Assembly: GCA_010909165.1 (NCBI GenBank)
Contig: MU008157.1
Coordinates: 806,001-870,000, forward strand
Reading direction: 5' to 3'
Source of the DNA: Anthoceros angustus
Lineage: Eukaryota > Plantae > Anthocerotophyta
DNA: 64,000 bases
Made by a program: the position numbers and the translations under genes. Every line of letters begins with the position of its first letter. Position 1 is the stretch's first letter. Below the pieces are notes generated by a model. It was not told the DNA's origin and searched no databases. It was given only the letters and a program-made list of their open reading frames with translations. Positions 50,902 to 61,500 of the stretch are shown piece after piece.

Positions 50902-53700
50902 TTGAGTGAGGGTGTCGTTGCTAATCTTACAAGCCAGAAACCTTGTTGCAGGTATGAAGAAGTCCTTGAGGGTGGAACATGGGGTAAACTGTGCCAGGTG
51001 GGACATGTGCATGAGGCAGTCCAAGCACTTGACGGCTTGGTGCAGAGAGGATACTATGTTCCTGTATGTCTCCATTATCTGGTCCTTAAAGGATGCAGTG
51101 CGGAGAGTGATTTGGCTGCGGGCAAGCAGCTTCATGCCTTGACTTGCGAAAATGGCTACAACTCGAGCACGTTCCTGGCTAATCACCTTATTCGCATGTA
51201 TTCTTCCCATGGACAGTTGCAAGAAGCAACGCAAGTGTTTTCGAAGCTTGATGCACCTGACTCCTTCATGTGGGCTTCTATCATTTTGGCACATGCTGAG
51301 CATCAACAGCCTACAACAGCTGTTGCCTATTACCAACAGATGCGACAGCTGCGTACAGCTCCAAACAACTATGCGTTTGTGGCGGCTCTCAAGGCATGTG
51401 CTAATGCGTTAGATTTAGCTTCTGGCAAGCAGGTCCACGCTGATGTTCTGGGTACTGCTGTGGATGTTGACCTATTTGTCGGTAGCAGTTTAGTGGACAT
51501 GTATGTGAAATGTGGGAGTTTAGAAGATGCTCGCAGAGTTTTCGACAATCTGCCCGAAAGAAATGTGGTTACTTGGAATGTCATGCTCGCAGGCTATGCC
51601 CAACATGACCTTGCCCAAGAAGCTCTCACACTGTACTCAATCATGGAAGATGAGGACATTCAACCTGATAATGTTACACTGACATGCCTCCTGAAAGCAT
51701 GTGCGAACCTTGGAGCTTTACACCAGGGCAAGCAGCTCCATTCTCTGGTAGAGAAAAGAGGACTTGAAGGTGACTTGGTAGTTGCCAACAGCCTGGTGGA
51801 CATGTATGCAAAGTGTGGCAGCTTAGAGGATGCCCGTGCGGTGTTTGACAGATTGCCCATCAAAGATGTAATAACCTGGAATGCCATGCTTACTGGATAC
51901 GCTCATCAGGGTCTTGGTCAACAAGCTCTAAGCCTTTATGAATGTATGCAATTGGAGGGCATTATTCCAGCTGACCGTATCACATTCGCCTGCCTTCTCA
52001 AGGCATGTGCCAGCATTGGAGCTTTGCATCAAGGCAAGGAGCTTCATTCACAGATCAAGGAGAGAGGTTTAGAGCATGATGTGGTTGTTAGCAACAGCCT
52101 GGTAGACATGTATGCAAAATGCGGGAGTCTAATTGATGCTCGTATAGAGTTTGACAGATTGGCCACAAAAGATGTGGTGACTTGGACTGCCATGATTGCA
52201 GGATATGCCAGGCATGGTCTAGGACAAGAAGCCCTGGCGCTTTATGCGAGCATGCAACAGGAGGGCGTTACTCCTGCCAATCGGGTTACATTTGTGTGCC
52301 TCTTGAATGCCTGTGGCAGCATTGGAGCTTTACATGAGGGGAAGCAGCTTCATTGCCAGATTCAGGAAAGAGGACTGGCAGCTGATGTGGTGGTTGGGAA
52401 CTGCCTGGTGGATATGTATGCTAAATGTGGCAGTGTAGAGGATGCCCGCAGAGTATTTGACAGGCTGCCGACAAGGGATGTGAGTGTCTGGACTGCCCTG
52501 ATTGCAGCTTATGCAGAGTATGGGCTTGGTCACGACGCCCTTAATCTGTATGCAGCTATGCTGCAGGAGGGCATATCTCCAGGCGATCATGTCACATTTC
52601 TGTGCCTTTTGAAAGCTTGCGCCAGTGTTGGAGCTCTGGATCAGGGTAAGCAGATCCATTCCCAGATCCAGGAGAGAGGTTTAGAAACTGATCTGGTTCT
52701 TGGTAACAGCCTGGTGGACATGTATGCAAAATGCGGCAGTCTGCAAGATGCTCAGAGAGTGTTCGACAGTTTGCCCACAAAAGATGTTGTCACGTGGACG
52801 GCTTTGGTAAATGGCTACGGTCAGCATAATGACAGCCAAATGGCAATGCATTATTTCCAGCAGATGCAACAACAGGGAGTTCAGCCCAATGCCACCACTT
52901 TTAGTTGTCTTCTGATGGCATGCAGTCATCAGGGTTTGGTGAATGACGGTCAGCAGGTTTTTAAGATGATGGTTGAAGACCACGGCATTCAACCAACCGG
53001 GTATCACTACAATTGCATGGTTGACCTTCTTGGTAGATCAGGCCGCCTGGATGAAGCGGAAAATCTGCTGGCAACCATGGAATGTGACAAGGACGTTGTG
53101 GGTTGGACATCTTTGTTGAGTGCTTGTAAGAGCCATGGGGACATAGAGCGTGGGAGCCGCTGCTTCGACCAGATTATTAAGTTAGATCCGCAGAATGCAT
53201 CTGCGTATGTACTTCTTGGATCCATTCATGCAAATGCTGGCAGGTGGACAGATGTTCACAGAATAGAAAGCTTGAGAAAGTCTGCAGGTGCTTGCAAGAA
53301 GCCTGCAAGGGCATGGATCGAGGTAAGCAGTAAAGTCCACATGTTCACAGTGGGAGAAGAGAGGGATGATATTTCCTCGCAATTAAGGAGTGCCAATCTG
53401 CGGTTGGGAGAGGAAGGTGGGCAGGTTCCACACATAGAGCGGGTGCTGAAGCCAGTACCAGATCAAGACAAGGAAGATGCATTGTGTGGCCATGCAGAGA
53501 AATTAGCTTTGGCCTATGGTCTGCTGAACACTCCAGATGGCACCACTTTGCTTGTAACCAAGAATCTACGCATGTGCAATGACTGCCATAGTGGTACGAA
53601 GATGATGTCCAGGATTGAGAAGCGAGAGATCATAGTTAGAGATGCACACCGTGTTCACCATTTTGTTGATGGATTTTGTTCATGTGGCGATCATAGCTGA
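50902..53700 (+). CDS. PLS-class PPR protein with a DYW:KP domain ending DHS; candidate U-to-C editing factor; true start uncertain
   Basis: CKKPARAWIEV, CGHAEKLALAYGLL, KNLRMCNDCH, CSCGDHS. There is no early in-frame ATG, so an upstream exon is likely. Confidence 0.93.
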   Translation: MSEGVVANLTSQKPCCRYEEVLEGGTWGKLCQVGHVHEAVQALDGLVQRGYYVPVCLHYLVLKGCSAESDLAAGKQLHALTCENGYNSSTFLANHLIRMYSSHGQLQEATQVFSKLDAPDSFMWASIILAHAEHQQPTTAVAYYQQMRQLRTAPNNYAFVAALKACANALDLASGKQVHADVLGTAVDVDLFVGSSLVDMYVKCGSLEDARRVFDNLPERNVVTWNVMLAGYAQHDLAQEALTLYSIMEDEDIQPDNVTLTCLLKACANLGALHQGKQLHSLVEKRGLEGDLVVANSLVDMYAKCGSLEDARAVFDRLPIKDVITWNAMLTGYAHQGLGQQALSLYECMQLEGIIPADRITFACLLKACASIGALHQGKELHSQIKERGLEHDVVVSNSLVDMYAKCGSLIDARIEFDRLATKDVVTWTAMIAGYARHGLGQEALALYASMQQEGVTPANRVTFVCLLNACGSIGALHEGKQLHCQIQERGLAADVVVGNCLVDMYAKCGSVEDARRVFDRLPTRDVSVWTALIAAYAEYGLGHDALNLYAAMLQEGISPGDHVTFLCLLKACASVGALDQGKQIHSQIQERGLETDLVLGNSLVDMYAKCGSLQDAQRVFDSLPTKDVVTWTALVNGYGQHNDSQMAMHYFQQMQQQGVQPNATTFSCLLMACSHQGLVNDGQQVFKMMVEDHGIQPTGYHYNCMVDLLGRSGRLDEAENLLATMECDKDVVGWTSLLSACKSHGDIERGSRCFDQIIKLDPQNASAYVLLGSIHANAGRWTDVHRIESLRKSAGACKKPARAWIEVSSKVHMFTVGEERDDISSQLRSANLRLGEEGGQVPHIERVLKPVPDQDKEDALCGHAEKLALAYGLLNTPDGTTLLVTKNLRMCNDCHSGTKMMSRIEKREIIVRDAHRVHHFVDGFCSCGDHS

Positions 53701-53823
53701 CAAGCGCAATTGAAGTATGTTTGAGCATACTAAGCTGATTCTGTCACTGCTCGGCCTGGAAGCAATCAGAAATTCTGTGTTTCGAGGCTTGTGGCGCAGG
53801 TCATGTGCTCCCGGATAGGTAGA

Positions 53824-56475
53824 TCAATAAGCTGCTCCGGCCAGCTGTGAGTTCAACCTGACAAGGAAGCTGTGCAGATCTTCTTGGAGGTGCCTGCAAT
53901 CTTGGGCGAGAAATGTGTGCACCTCCTGCCCATGCTTAATCCAGCTCTGGCCAGGCTGCTTCCAAGCACCTGCTTTCCTCCTCCTTTCGTCTATCTCCTT
54001 GGCACGGTCCCACATCCCAGTATCAGCATAGATATTGAACATGAGGACATAGGCTGCACCTTGTTCTGGATCTAGAGCCACGGCATGATCGAAGGCACGT
54101 CTTCCCAGTATCACATTGCCATGCTTCTGACAGGCACCCAATAAACACAGCCAAATAGAGAAATTAGGCTCCATAGGCATATTCAACACAAGGTCTTCTG
54201 CTTGGCGGAAGAGTCCTGCACGCCCAACAAGGTCAATTACACACACAAAGTGCTCCAGTTCCACAGTAATGCCGTGGTCCCTAGTCATACTCTCAAAGTA
54301 CTGCAGACCTTTGTCCACCCTGCCAGCATGACTGCATGCAGAAAGAAGAGCCAGAAACGTCACTCTATTTGGTTTCAGGCCGTTTATACTCATGTCGTTG
54401 TAGCACTGTATACACGCATCAGAGTCTCCTTGTCGAGCATACCCAGCCAGTAGTGCATTGCAAGACACAACATCAGAATGACCTAATGAGTCGAACACGT
54501 TGTGAGCATTGCTCATGCTTCCGCATCTGCTGTAAGCATGAATTAAGCTAGTGGCCACAAAAAGGTTGCACTCCATCCCACGTCTCAGAATACTCTGGTG
54601 AGTATGCCTGCAGGTATCCAAGTCTCCTATGCTGCTGCAAGCTCCTAGAACGGAAACAAACGTGGCATCATCCACTATCATGCCATCCTGCTGCATTTTG
54701 GCATAGATGTGCAAAGCCATCTCTCCCTGCCCTTGACGAGCACATGCTGCAAGAAATGCATTCCAAGCTACTACATCACGCTGGGACAAACTGTCAAACA
54801 CATTTTCTGCATCCTTAAAGCTGCCACATTTGGCATACATGCTCACCAAACTGCTACCCACAAACACATCTGACCCATAGCCCAGCTTAGCAGCTTCACG
54901 ATGTAGTTCCTCCCCCTTTTGCAGGGACACCACTTTTAGAGTTTGACCTTGCACCAGTGCACCTTCCTCATTCTCTGCGAGGCTTCCACATGCTTGGAGA
55001 GCACTGGCTAAGGTACGAGCATTTGGCCTGAAACCTTGCGCTTGCATCTGCACATAAATCTGCAAGGCATTCTCTCCTTCCTCGTTCTGAGCATATGCCC
55101 CGAGGATCGAATTCCATGACACCAAGTCACGAACAGGCATACCGTCAAACACTTCTCGTGCATGCTTGATGCTCCCACACTTTGCAAACAATGATATCAG
55201 GGCATTGGCAACAAACAAATCTCTTTTGTAACCCAGCCGAACAGCCTCTGCGTGTATCTCTTCCCCCACATGCAGCAAGCCCACTTCGGCACTTTGCACA
55301 GCAACGCTGTCCTGCTTTTCTGCAAGGCTCCCACATGCTTGGAGGACGCTGACAAAGGTCCAAGCATCTGGCCGCACGCCTTCCATTCGCATTTGCTGAT
55401 AGATTTTCAAGGTCTTTTCCCCTTCAGCCTGGTGGGCATATGCTGCAAGCATTGCATTCCATGTCACAACACTACGCTGGGACAACGTGTCAAACACCTG
55501 TTGTGCATCCACGATGCTCCCACACTTTGCATACATACTAACCAACGTAGTAGCAACAAACATATCGGAGACAAATCCCAGCCGAGCAGCTTCAGTATGT
55601 AGTTCCTTTCCTTTCCGCAGTGACTCCACCTTGACGTTGTACCCATGCACCAGTGCACTTTTCTCCCTCTCTGCAAGGGTGCCACAGGCTTGCAAGGCAC
55701 CGACAAATGTCCGATCATCTGGTCTGATCCCATTCTTCTGCATTTGCTCATACATTCCCAGTGCCTTCTCTCCTTGGCCCTGCTGAGCGTATGCTGTAAG
55801 CATCACATTCCATGACACCACATCACGCTCAGACAAGCCATCAAAGACCTTCTGTGCATCCACGATGCCCCCGCACTTCGCATACATAGTAACCAAGGTG
55901 TTACCCACAAAGACGTCAGACTCCATCCCGTATCTGACAGCATCGCCATGGACACGCCTGCCCTCTGTGAGGTCTCCTAACCTACTGCATGTCTTGAGCA
56001 AGCTGACAATAGTATACTTGTCGGGATGCACACCTTCTTGCTGCATTAGCTGGTAGCATGATAGGGCCTTCCGTTCCTGTCCAGCATTACTGTACCCTGT
56101 GATGATGGCTGTCCACGAGAAAACTGTGCGATGCGACAGCCTCTGGAACAGACTGAGCCCTTCTCTAAGGTTTCCACAGTTCACAAGCGTGGTGACGACA
56201 AGGTTCCCCAATAATCTGTCCGACTCCAAGCCATGTTTTGCCAAATGGCCATGTACCCGCCTGGCCTTGGCAAGGGCCTTTTTCTTCATGCACGCCTGTA
56301 AGAGGCTCCTGTACATATGAACTGTGCCCTGCTGGTTTAAACCAAGCAGGAGACCCAACGCCTTGTCCAACTGCCCGTCTCTACATAGATACTCTACTTC
56401 ACTAGCCCTGACAGAAGCAACCTGGGATGTGCAGCTGGCATGTACCTCCATGAGCATGTGTACCATCATCCACAA
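53824..56475 (-). CDS. PLS-class PPR protein, E+ type (DYW truncated after the PG box), with extended L motifs
   Basis: Ends WKQPGQSWIKHGQEVHTFLAQD...GAAY* with no HxE or CxxC. Three L motifs carry insertions, for example ACGTLAEREKSALVHGYNVKVESLRKGKELH. Confidence 0.94.
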   Translation of the reverse strand: MWMMVHMLMEVHASCTSQVASVRASEVEYLCRDGQLDKALGLLLGLNQQGTVHMYRSLLQACMKKKALAKARRVHGHLAKHGLESDRLLGNLVVTTLVNCGNLREGLSLFQRLSHRTVFSWTAIITGYSNAGQERKALSCYQLMQQEGVHPDKYTIVSLLKTCSRLGDLTEGRRVHGDAVRYGMESDVFVGNTLVTMYAKCGGIVDAQKVFDGLSERDVVSWNVMLTAYAQQGQGEKALGMYEQMQKNGIRPDDRTFVGALQACGTLAEREKSALVHGYNVKVESLRKGKELHTEAARLGFVSDMFVATTLVSMYAKCGSIVDAQQVFDTLSQRSVVTWNAMLAAYAHQAEGEKTLKIYQQMRMEGVRPDAWTFVSVLQACGSLAEKQDSVAVQSAEVGLLHVGEEIHAEAVRLGYKRDLFVANALISLFAKCGSIKHAREVFDGMPVRDLVSWNSILGAYAQNEEGENALQIYVQMQAQGFRPNARTLASALQACGSLAENEEGALVQGQTLKVVSLQKGEELHREAAKLGYGSDVFVGSSLVSMYAKCGSFKDAENVFDSLSQRDVVAWNAFLAACARQGQGEMALHIYAKMQQDGMIVDDATFVSVLGACSSIGDLDTCRHTHQSILRRGMECNLFVATSLIHAYSRCGSMSNAHNVFDSLGHSDVVSCNALLAGYARQGDSDACIQCYNDMSINGLKPNRVTFLALLSACSHAGRVDKGLQYFESMTRDHGITVELEHFVCVIDLVGRAGLFRQAEDLVLNMPMEPNFSIWLCLLGACQKHGNVILGRRAFDHAVALDPEQGAAYVLMFNIYADTGMWDRAKEIDERRRKAGAWKQPGQSWIKHGQEVHTFLAQDCRHLQEDLHSFLVRLNSQLAGAAY

Positions 56476-56673
56476 GGTTACCTTTCATGCCCACATGGAG
56501 GTCGGCATGCTGATTCTCAACCTGGAGTCAGCTTTGGAATTCATGGAGGAACCGGGAATTCAAACATGAGTTCGAAGCATGCAGTTGATAGTGCAATTGT
56601 AAACAAGCAAGTAGGCAACAACGTCAAGTCCGGATCTACTCCGCAGATTGTTGGGGGATGAGCTGATGGTGAA

Positions 56674-58548
56674 ATGGTTGAGCTTTTGGGGCTCAACCAT
56701 GCGCTCCCTGCCCTGGTGCAGGCAGACCTGGAGGGCAGTGTGCCTGCGGTGCACCTATACAGAAGTCTGCTGCAGGAATGCCTGAAGAAGAAGGCGCTGG
56801 CGGAGGCCAGACAAGTGCACGCCCATCTGGCCGGACATGGGCTGGAATCTAACAAGCTTCTGGGCAACCTTGTGGTAACCACGCTGGTCACCTGCGGCAG
56901 CCTAGCAGATGGGCTACGTGTGTTTCACAGACTGTCCCACCGATCAGTGTTTGCTTGGACTGCCATCATCTCAGGGTACAGCAATGCGGGGCTATGCCGG
57001 CAGGCTCTTGGGTGCTATCAGCAGATGCAACTGGAGGGTGTGCTCGCCAACAAGTACACGTTTGTCAGCGTGCTCAAGGCATGCAGCAGGCTAGGAGATC
57101 TGGAGGAGGGGAGGCGTGTTCATGATGACGCTCGAAGGCGCGGGCTTGAGTCGGATGTGTTTGTGGGCAACACTCTGGTGAGCATGTACGCTAAGTGTGG
57201 GAGCATCAGCGATGCGCAAAAGGTGTTCGACACATTGTCTAAGCGGGACGTTGTGTCGTGGAACGCCATACTTGGAGCATATGCTCAGCAGGATAGATCA
57301 GATTTGGCCTTGCAGCTGTACGGGGAAATGCGAAGAAATGGTGTGCGGCCAGACGATCGGACCTTTGTGAGTGCCCTCCAAGCATGTGGGAGCCAGGCAG
57401 AGAGGGAGGTGGGTGCACTTGTGCACAGGCAGGACGTCAAAGTGGAGTCGCTGCACAAGGGGAAGGAGCTGCATGCACAAGCTGTTGAGCTGGGTTATGG
57501 ATCGGACGTGTTTGTGGGAAGCACGTTGGTCAGCGTGTACGCGAAGTGCGGGAGCATAGAGGATGCGCAGAATGTATTTGACGGATTGTCCAAACGAGAT
57601 GTTGTTTTATGGCGGGTCATGATGGTAGCATATGTGGGGCAGGGGCAATGGGAGAAGGCCTTGCACATCTACAGGCAAATGCGGGAAGAGGGCATGAGGA
57701 TAGATGAGGCTACGGTGTTGCATGCACTACAAGCATGCAGCTGCACGGGAGCCCTGGATATCTGTAAGCACATCCAGAAAGAAATTCTGGAGAGTGGATT
57801 AGCTTGCAATCTGGTTGTGGCCAACAGTCTGATCCATACATTTGGAAAATGTGGGAGCATGGTGGATGCTCACAAGGTGTTTGACTCCCTGACCCAGCCG
57901 GATGTTGTGTCATGCACTGCATTGATTGCCGGTTATGCCAGGCAAGGAGATATGCACTCTAGTGTGCAGTGCTTTGCCAACATGACTGAGTCTGGAGTGA
58001 AACCAAACAGGGTCACATTTTTGGCAATTCTCTCTGCATGCTGCAATGCTGGCTTGGTGGACAGAGGTCTAGAGTGTTTTGAAACAATGGCCATAGATCA
58101 CGGCATTTCTCCGGAGCTTGAGCATTATGCTTGTGTGATTGATCTTGTTGCCCGCGCTGGACTCTTCAGTAAGGCAGAAAGCATCATTTCAGAGATGCCA
58201 ATGCAGCCTGACCTGCGTGTATGGTTGTCTCTACTGGGAGCCTGCCGGAAGCATGGCAATGTTGTGCTAGGCAAGCGTGCCTTTGAGAGTTCTGTTAGGT
58301 TAGAGCCAGAGCGAGCGTCAGCCTATTTGATGATGTCCAACATCTACTCAGAAGCTGGCATGTGGGAACATGCCAAGGACGTAGATGAGCTAAGACGACG
58401 AGCAGGGGCCTGGAAGCAGCCTGCGCAGAGTTGGATTGAGCTCCGACAAGAGGTGCGCACATTTTTTGTCAGAGATCACAGGCACCAAGAAGAAGCACCT
58501 CTGTACAGCTTTCTCAGAAGCTTGAAAAAAGAGCTGCAGGGAGTCTGA
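56674..58548 (+). CDS. PLS-class PPR protein, E+ type; shorter paralogue of 53824-56475
   Basis: Shares VHLYRSLLQECLKKKALAEARQVHAHLA.HGLES. One extended L motif. Ends WKQPAQSWIELRQEVRTFFVRD...LQGV*. Confidence 0.94.
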   Translation: MVELLGLNHALPALVQADLEGSVPAVHLYRSLLQECLKKKALAEARQVHAHLAGHGLESNKLLGNLVVTTLVTCGSLADGLRVFHRLSHRSVFAWTAIISGYSNAGLCRQALGCYQQMQLEGVLANKYTFVSVLKACSRLGDLEEGRRVHDDARRRGLESDVFVGNTLVSMYAKCGSISDAQKVFDTLSKRDVVSWNAILGAYAQQDRSDLALQLYGEMRRNGVRPDDRTFVSALQACGSQAEREVGALVHRQDVKVESLHKGKELHAQAVELGYGSDVFVGSTLVSVYAKCGSIEDAQNVFDGLSKRDVVLWRVMMVAYVGQGQWEKALHIYRQMREEGMRIDEATVLHALQACSCTGALDICKHIQKEILESGLACNLVVANSLIHTFGKCGSMVDAHKVFDSLTQPDVVSCTALIAGYARQGDMHSSVQCFANMTESGVKPNRVTFLAILSACCNAGLVDRGLECFETMAIDHGISPELEHYACVIDLVARAGLFSKAESIISEMPMQPDLRVWLSLLGACRKHGNVVLGKRAFESSVRLEPERASAYLMMSNIYSEAGMWEHAKDVDELRRRAGAWKQPAQSWIELRQEVRTFFVRDHRHQEEAPLYSFLRSLKKELQGV

Positions 58549-58592
58549 CAGGAGTTCCAATCCCATTGCAGTAGCTCTTCTCTCCCTCTTGG

Positions 58593-61500
58593 TCATGGCC
58601 GGTCCCCACATGAACATGATCCATTCAGAAAGTGGTGCACACGGTGTGCATCCCTTACTATAATTTCTCGATTCTCAAGGTGTGACAAAATCTTGGTGCT
58701 ACTGTGGCAGTCATTGCACATACGAAGATTCTTCGTGACTAGTAAACTTGTGCCATCGGAGGTGTTCAAAAGACCATAAGCCAGGGCCAGTTTCTCAGCA
58801 TGGCCACATAATGCATCCTCCTTTTCACTGTCTGACACTGCTTTGAGAACAAGGTCCTTTTGCGGGACATGGCCTCCCTCATTCTTCATTCTTACATTTA
58901 GGCTCTCCAACTTTGATGAGATGTCAGCCCTTTCTTCTCCTACTATGAACTCATGTACTTTGTTCTTCACTTCAATACAGGCCTTTGCAGGCTTCTTCCA
59001 AGCGCCAGCAGCCTTCCTCAGCCCTTCTAGATTCTCTACATCCTCCCACCTGCCCGATTTGGCATATACATTACCCAAGAGCATATAAGGGGACGCATTC
59101 TCAGGTTCCAAAGTGACAAGGCGGTTGAAACATCGCTGTGCTCGGCCCACATCCCCATGGCATTTGCAGGAACTCAGCAGCGATGTCCAACCCACCACCT
59201 CGTTCTCAAATCTGGTAGTTTGCAAGAGGACTTCGGCCTCGTCCAGATTGCCTGATCGACCAAGAAGATCAACCATGCAGTTGTGATGACAGTCAGTGGG
59301 AACTAGGCCATGAACTTCCACCATCTGCTTGAAGTAAGCCTGACCCTCACTCACAAGCCCCTTGTGACTGCATGCCACCAGAAGCGAAATGAAAGTTGCA
59401 GCATTCGGTTTCACTCCTTGCTGCTCCATCTCTTCGAAGCACAGAATTGCCTTTTGGCCATCACCATGTTCAGCATAGCCATTAAGTAAAGCATTCCATG
59501 TCACCACATCCCTTGCGGGCAACCTGTCAAACAAGCTGCGAGCACTCTCTAAGCTCCCGCATTTTGCATACATGTCCACCAGGCAACTGCTAATGGCTGC
59601 GTCAGCTTCCAGCCCTCTTTCCCTAATCACCCCGTGAATCTGCTTCCCTTGATGTGCGGCTCCGACCATAGTGCAAGCTTTGAGAAGGCACAAAAATGTA
59701 ACACGGTTGGGCTCATTGAGGCCCTCCTGTTGCATAATTGCATAAAGATCAAGGGCTTCTTGTCCAAGTCCATGCATAGCATATCCCCCAATCATCGAAG
59801 TCCAGGTTACCACATCCCGTGTGCGCATTTTATCAAACATGAGGCGAGCATCCTGGATGCACCCACATTTTGAATACATGTCCACCAAGCAGTTGCCAAC
59901 AGCAAGATCAGCTTCAAGTCCTCTTTCCCGAATCAGAGTATGAAGCTGCTTCCCCTGATGCAGAGCTCCCACACTAGCACAAGCTTTCAGGAGGGACACA
60001 AATGTCACATGATTGGCTAATGTGATGCCCGCTCGTTGCATGTCTTCATATAGACTGAGGGCCTCATCACTCAATCCGTGCTGAGCATATCCTGTGATCA
60101 TGGAAGTCCAAGTTACCACATCTTTTGTGGGCAGACTGTGGAAGACTAACCTAGCATCCTCTAGACTACCGCACTTTGAATACATGTCCATGAGGCAGTT
60201 GCCCATAACCAAGTCAACTTCCAGTTCCCTTTGTTGGACCAGCATGTGGATCTGCTTCCCTTTATGCAAAGCACCAACACTGGCACATGCTTTAAAGAGG
60301 CATGAAAACGTAACATCATTGGCTTCAGTCAAGCCCTCTTCCTGCATTCTAGCATACAGATCAAGGGCCTCTTGACTGAGCCCATGCTGAGTATATCCTC
60401 CAATCATGGTATTCCATGTCACAACATCTCTTGTCGGCAACTTGTCAAATACCCTCCGAGCATTGTCTAAGCTCCCACATTTGGCATACATGTCAACCAG
60501 GCAGTTGCCAACAACTAAATCAGCTTCCAGGCCCCTTTCTTGAATGAGGGAGTGAAGCTCTTCCCCCTGAGGTAATGCCCTCACACTGGCACATGCGTTT
60601 AGGAGGCCAGAGTATGTGAAATGATTGGCAACATCGATGCATTCCTGTTTCCTATCTGCATAAAGATCAAGGGCGTCTTGACCAAGCCCGTGCTGAGCAT
60701 ATCCTGTGATCATGGTATTCCATGTCACCACATCTCTTCTCAACATACTGTGGAACAATTTGCGAGCATCCTCTAAGCTGCCACATTTGGAATACATGTC
60801 GACCAAGCAGTTGCCAACCACGATATCAGTTTCCAATCCCCTTTTCTGGATTACCACATGGAGCTGTTTCCCCTGATGAACATCTCCAATTGTAGCACAT
60901 GCCTTTAGAAGGGCTATGAATGTCAATTGATTGGCTGGACTCAAAACGTCTAATTGCATAGCTGCATAGAGATTTAGAGCTTCTTGACCGAGCCATCCGT
61001 GAGCATATCCAGCAATCATGGTAGTCCACGCCACAACATCTTTTGTGGGCATCTTGTCAAACACTGTACGTGCATCCTCTAACCTTCCACACTGTGCATA
61101 CATCTTCACAAGGCAGGTGCTAACAAACATACTAGTCTGCTCCCCACTGCGCATAATATCAGCGTGAACCTCCTTCCCAGAAACAATATCTTCTGCACAG
61201 GCACACGCCTTGAGCACAGCCACATAGGCACAGTCGTTGGGCCTTACCCCCGACTGCCGCATCCCCCGAAATAGCTCAATAGCCTGCAAAGGCTGCCCAT
61301 GGTCGCTATGTGTCTTGATTATTGAAGCCCACACAAAGGTGTTGGGCGCAGCCATGTCGGCAAAAACCTGCATGGCTTCCTCCAACCTGGCATGGGCAGC
61401 ATACATACGAACCAAATGGTTGGCGAGAAATGAGTCCGACCCATTCCCACTTCTCACAGTTAGAGCATGCACACGCCTCCCAAGAGCCAAATCCTGCTCC

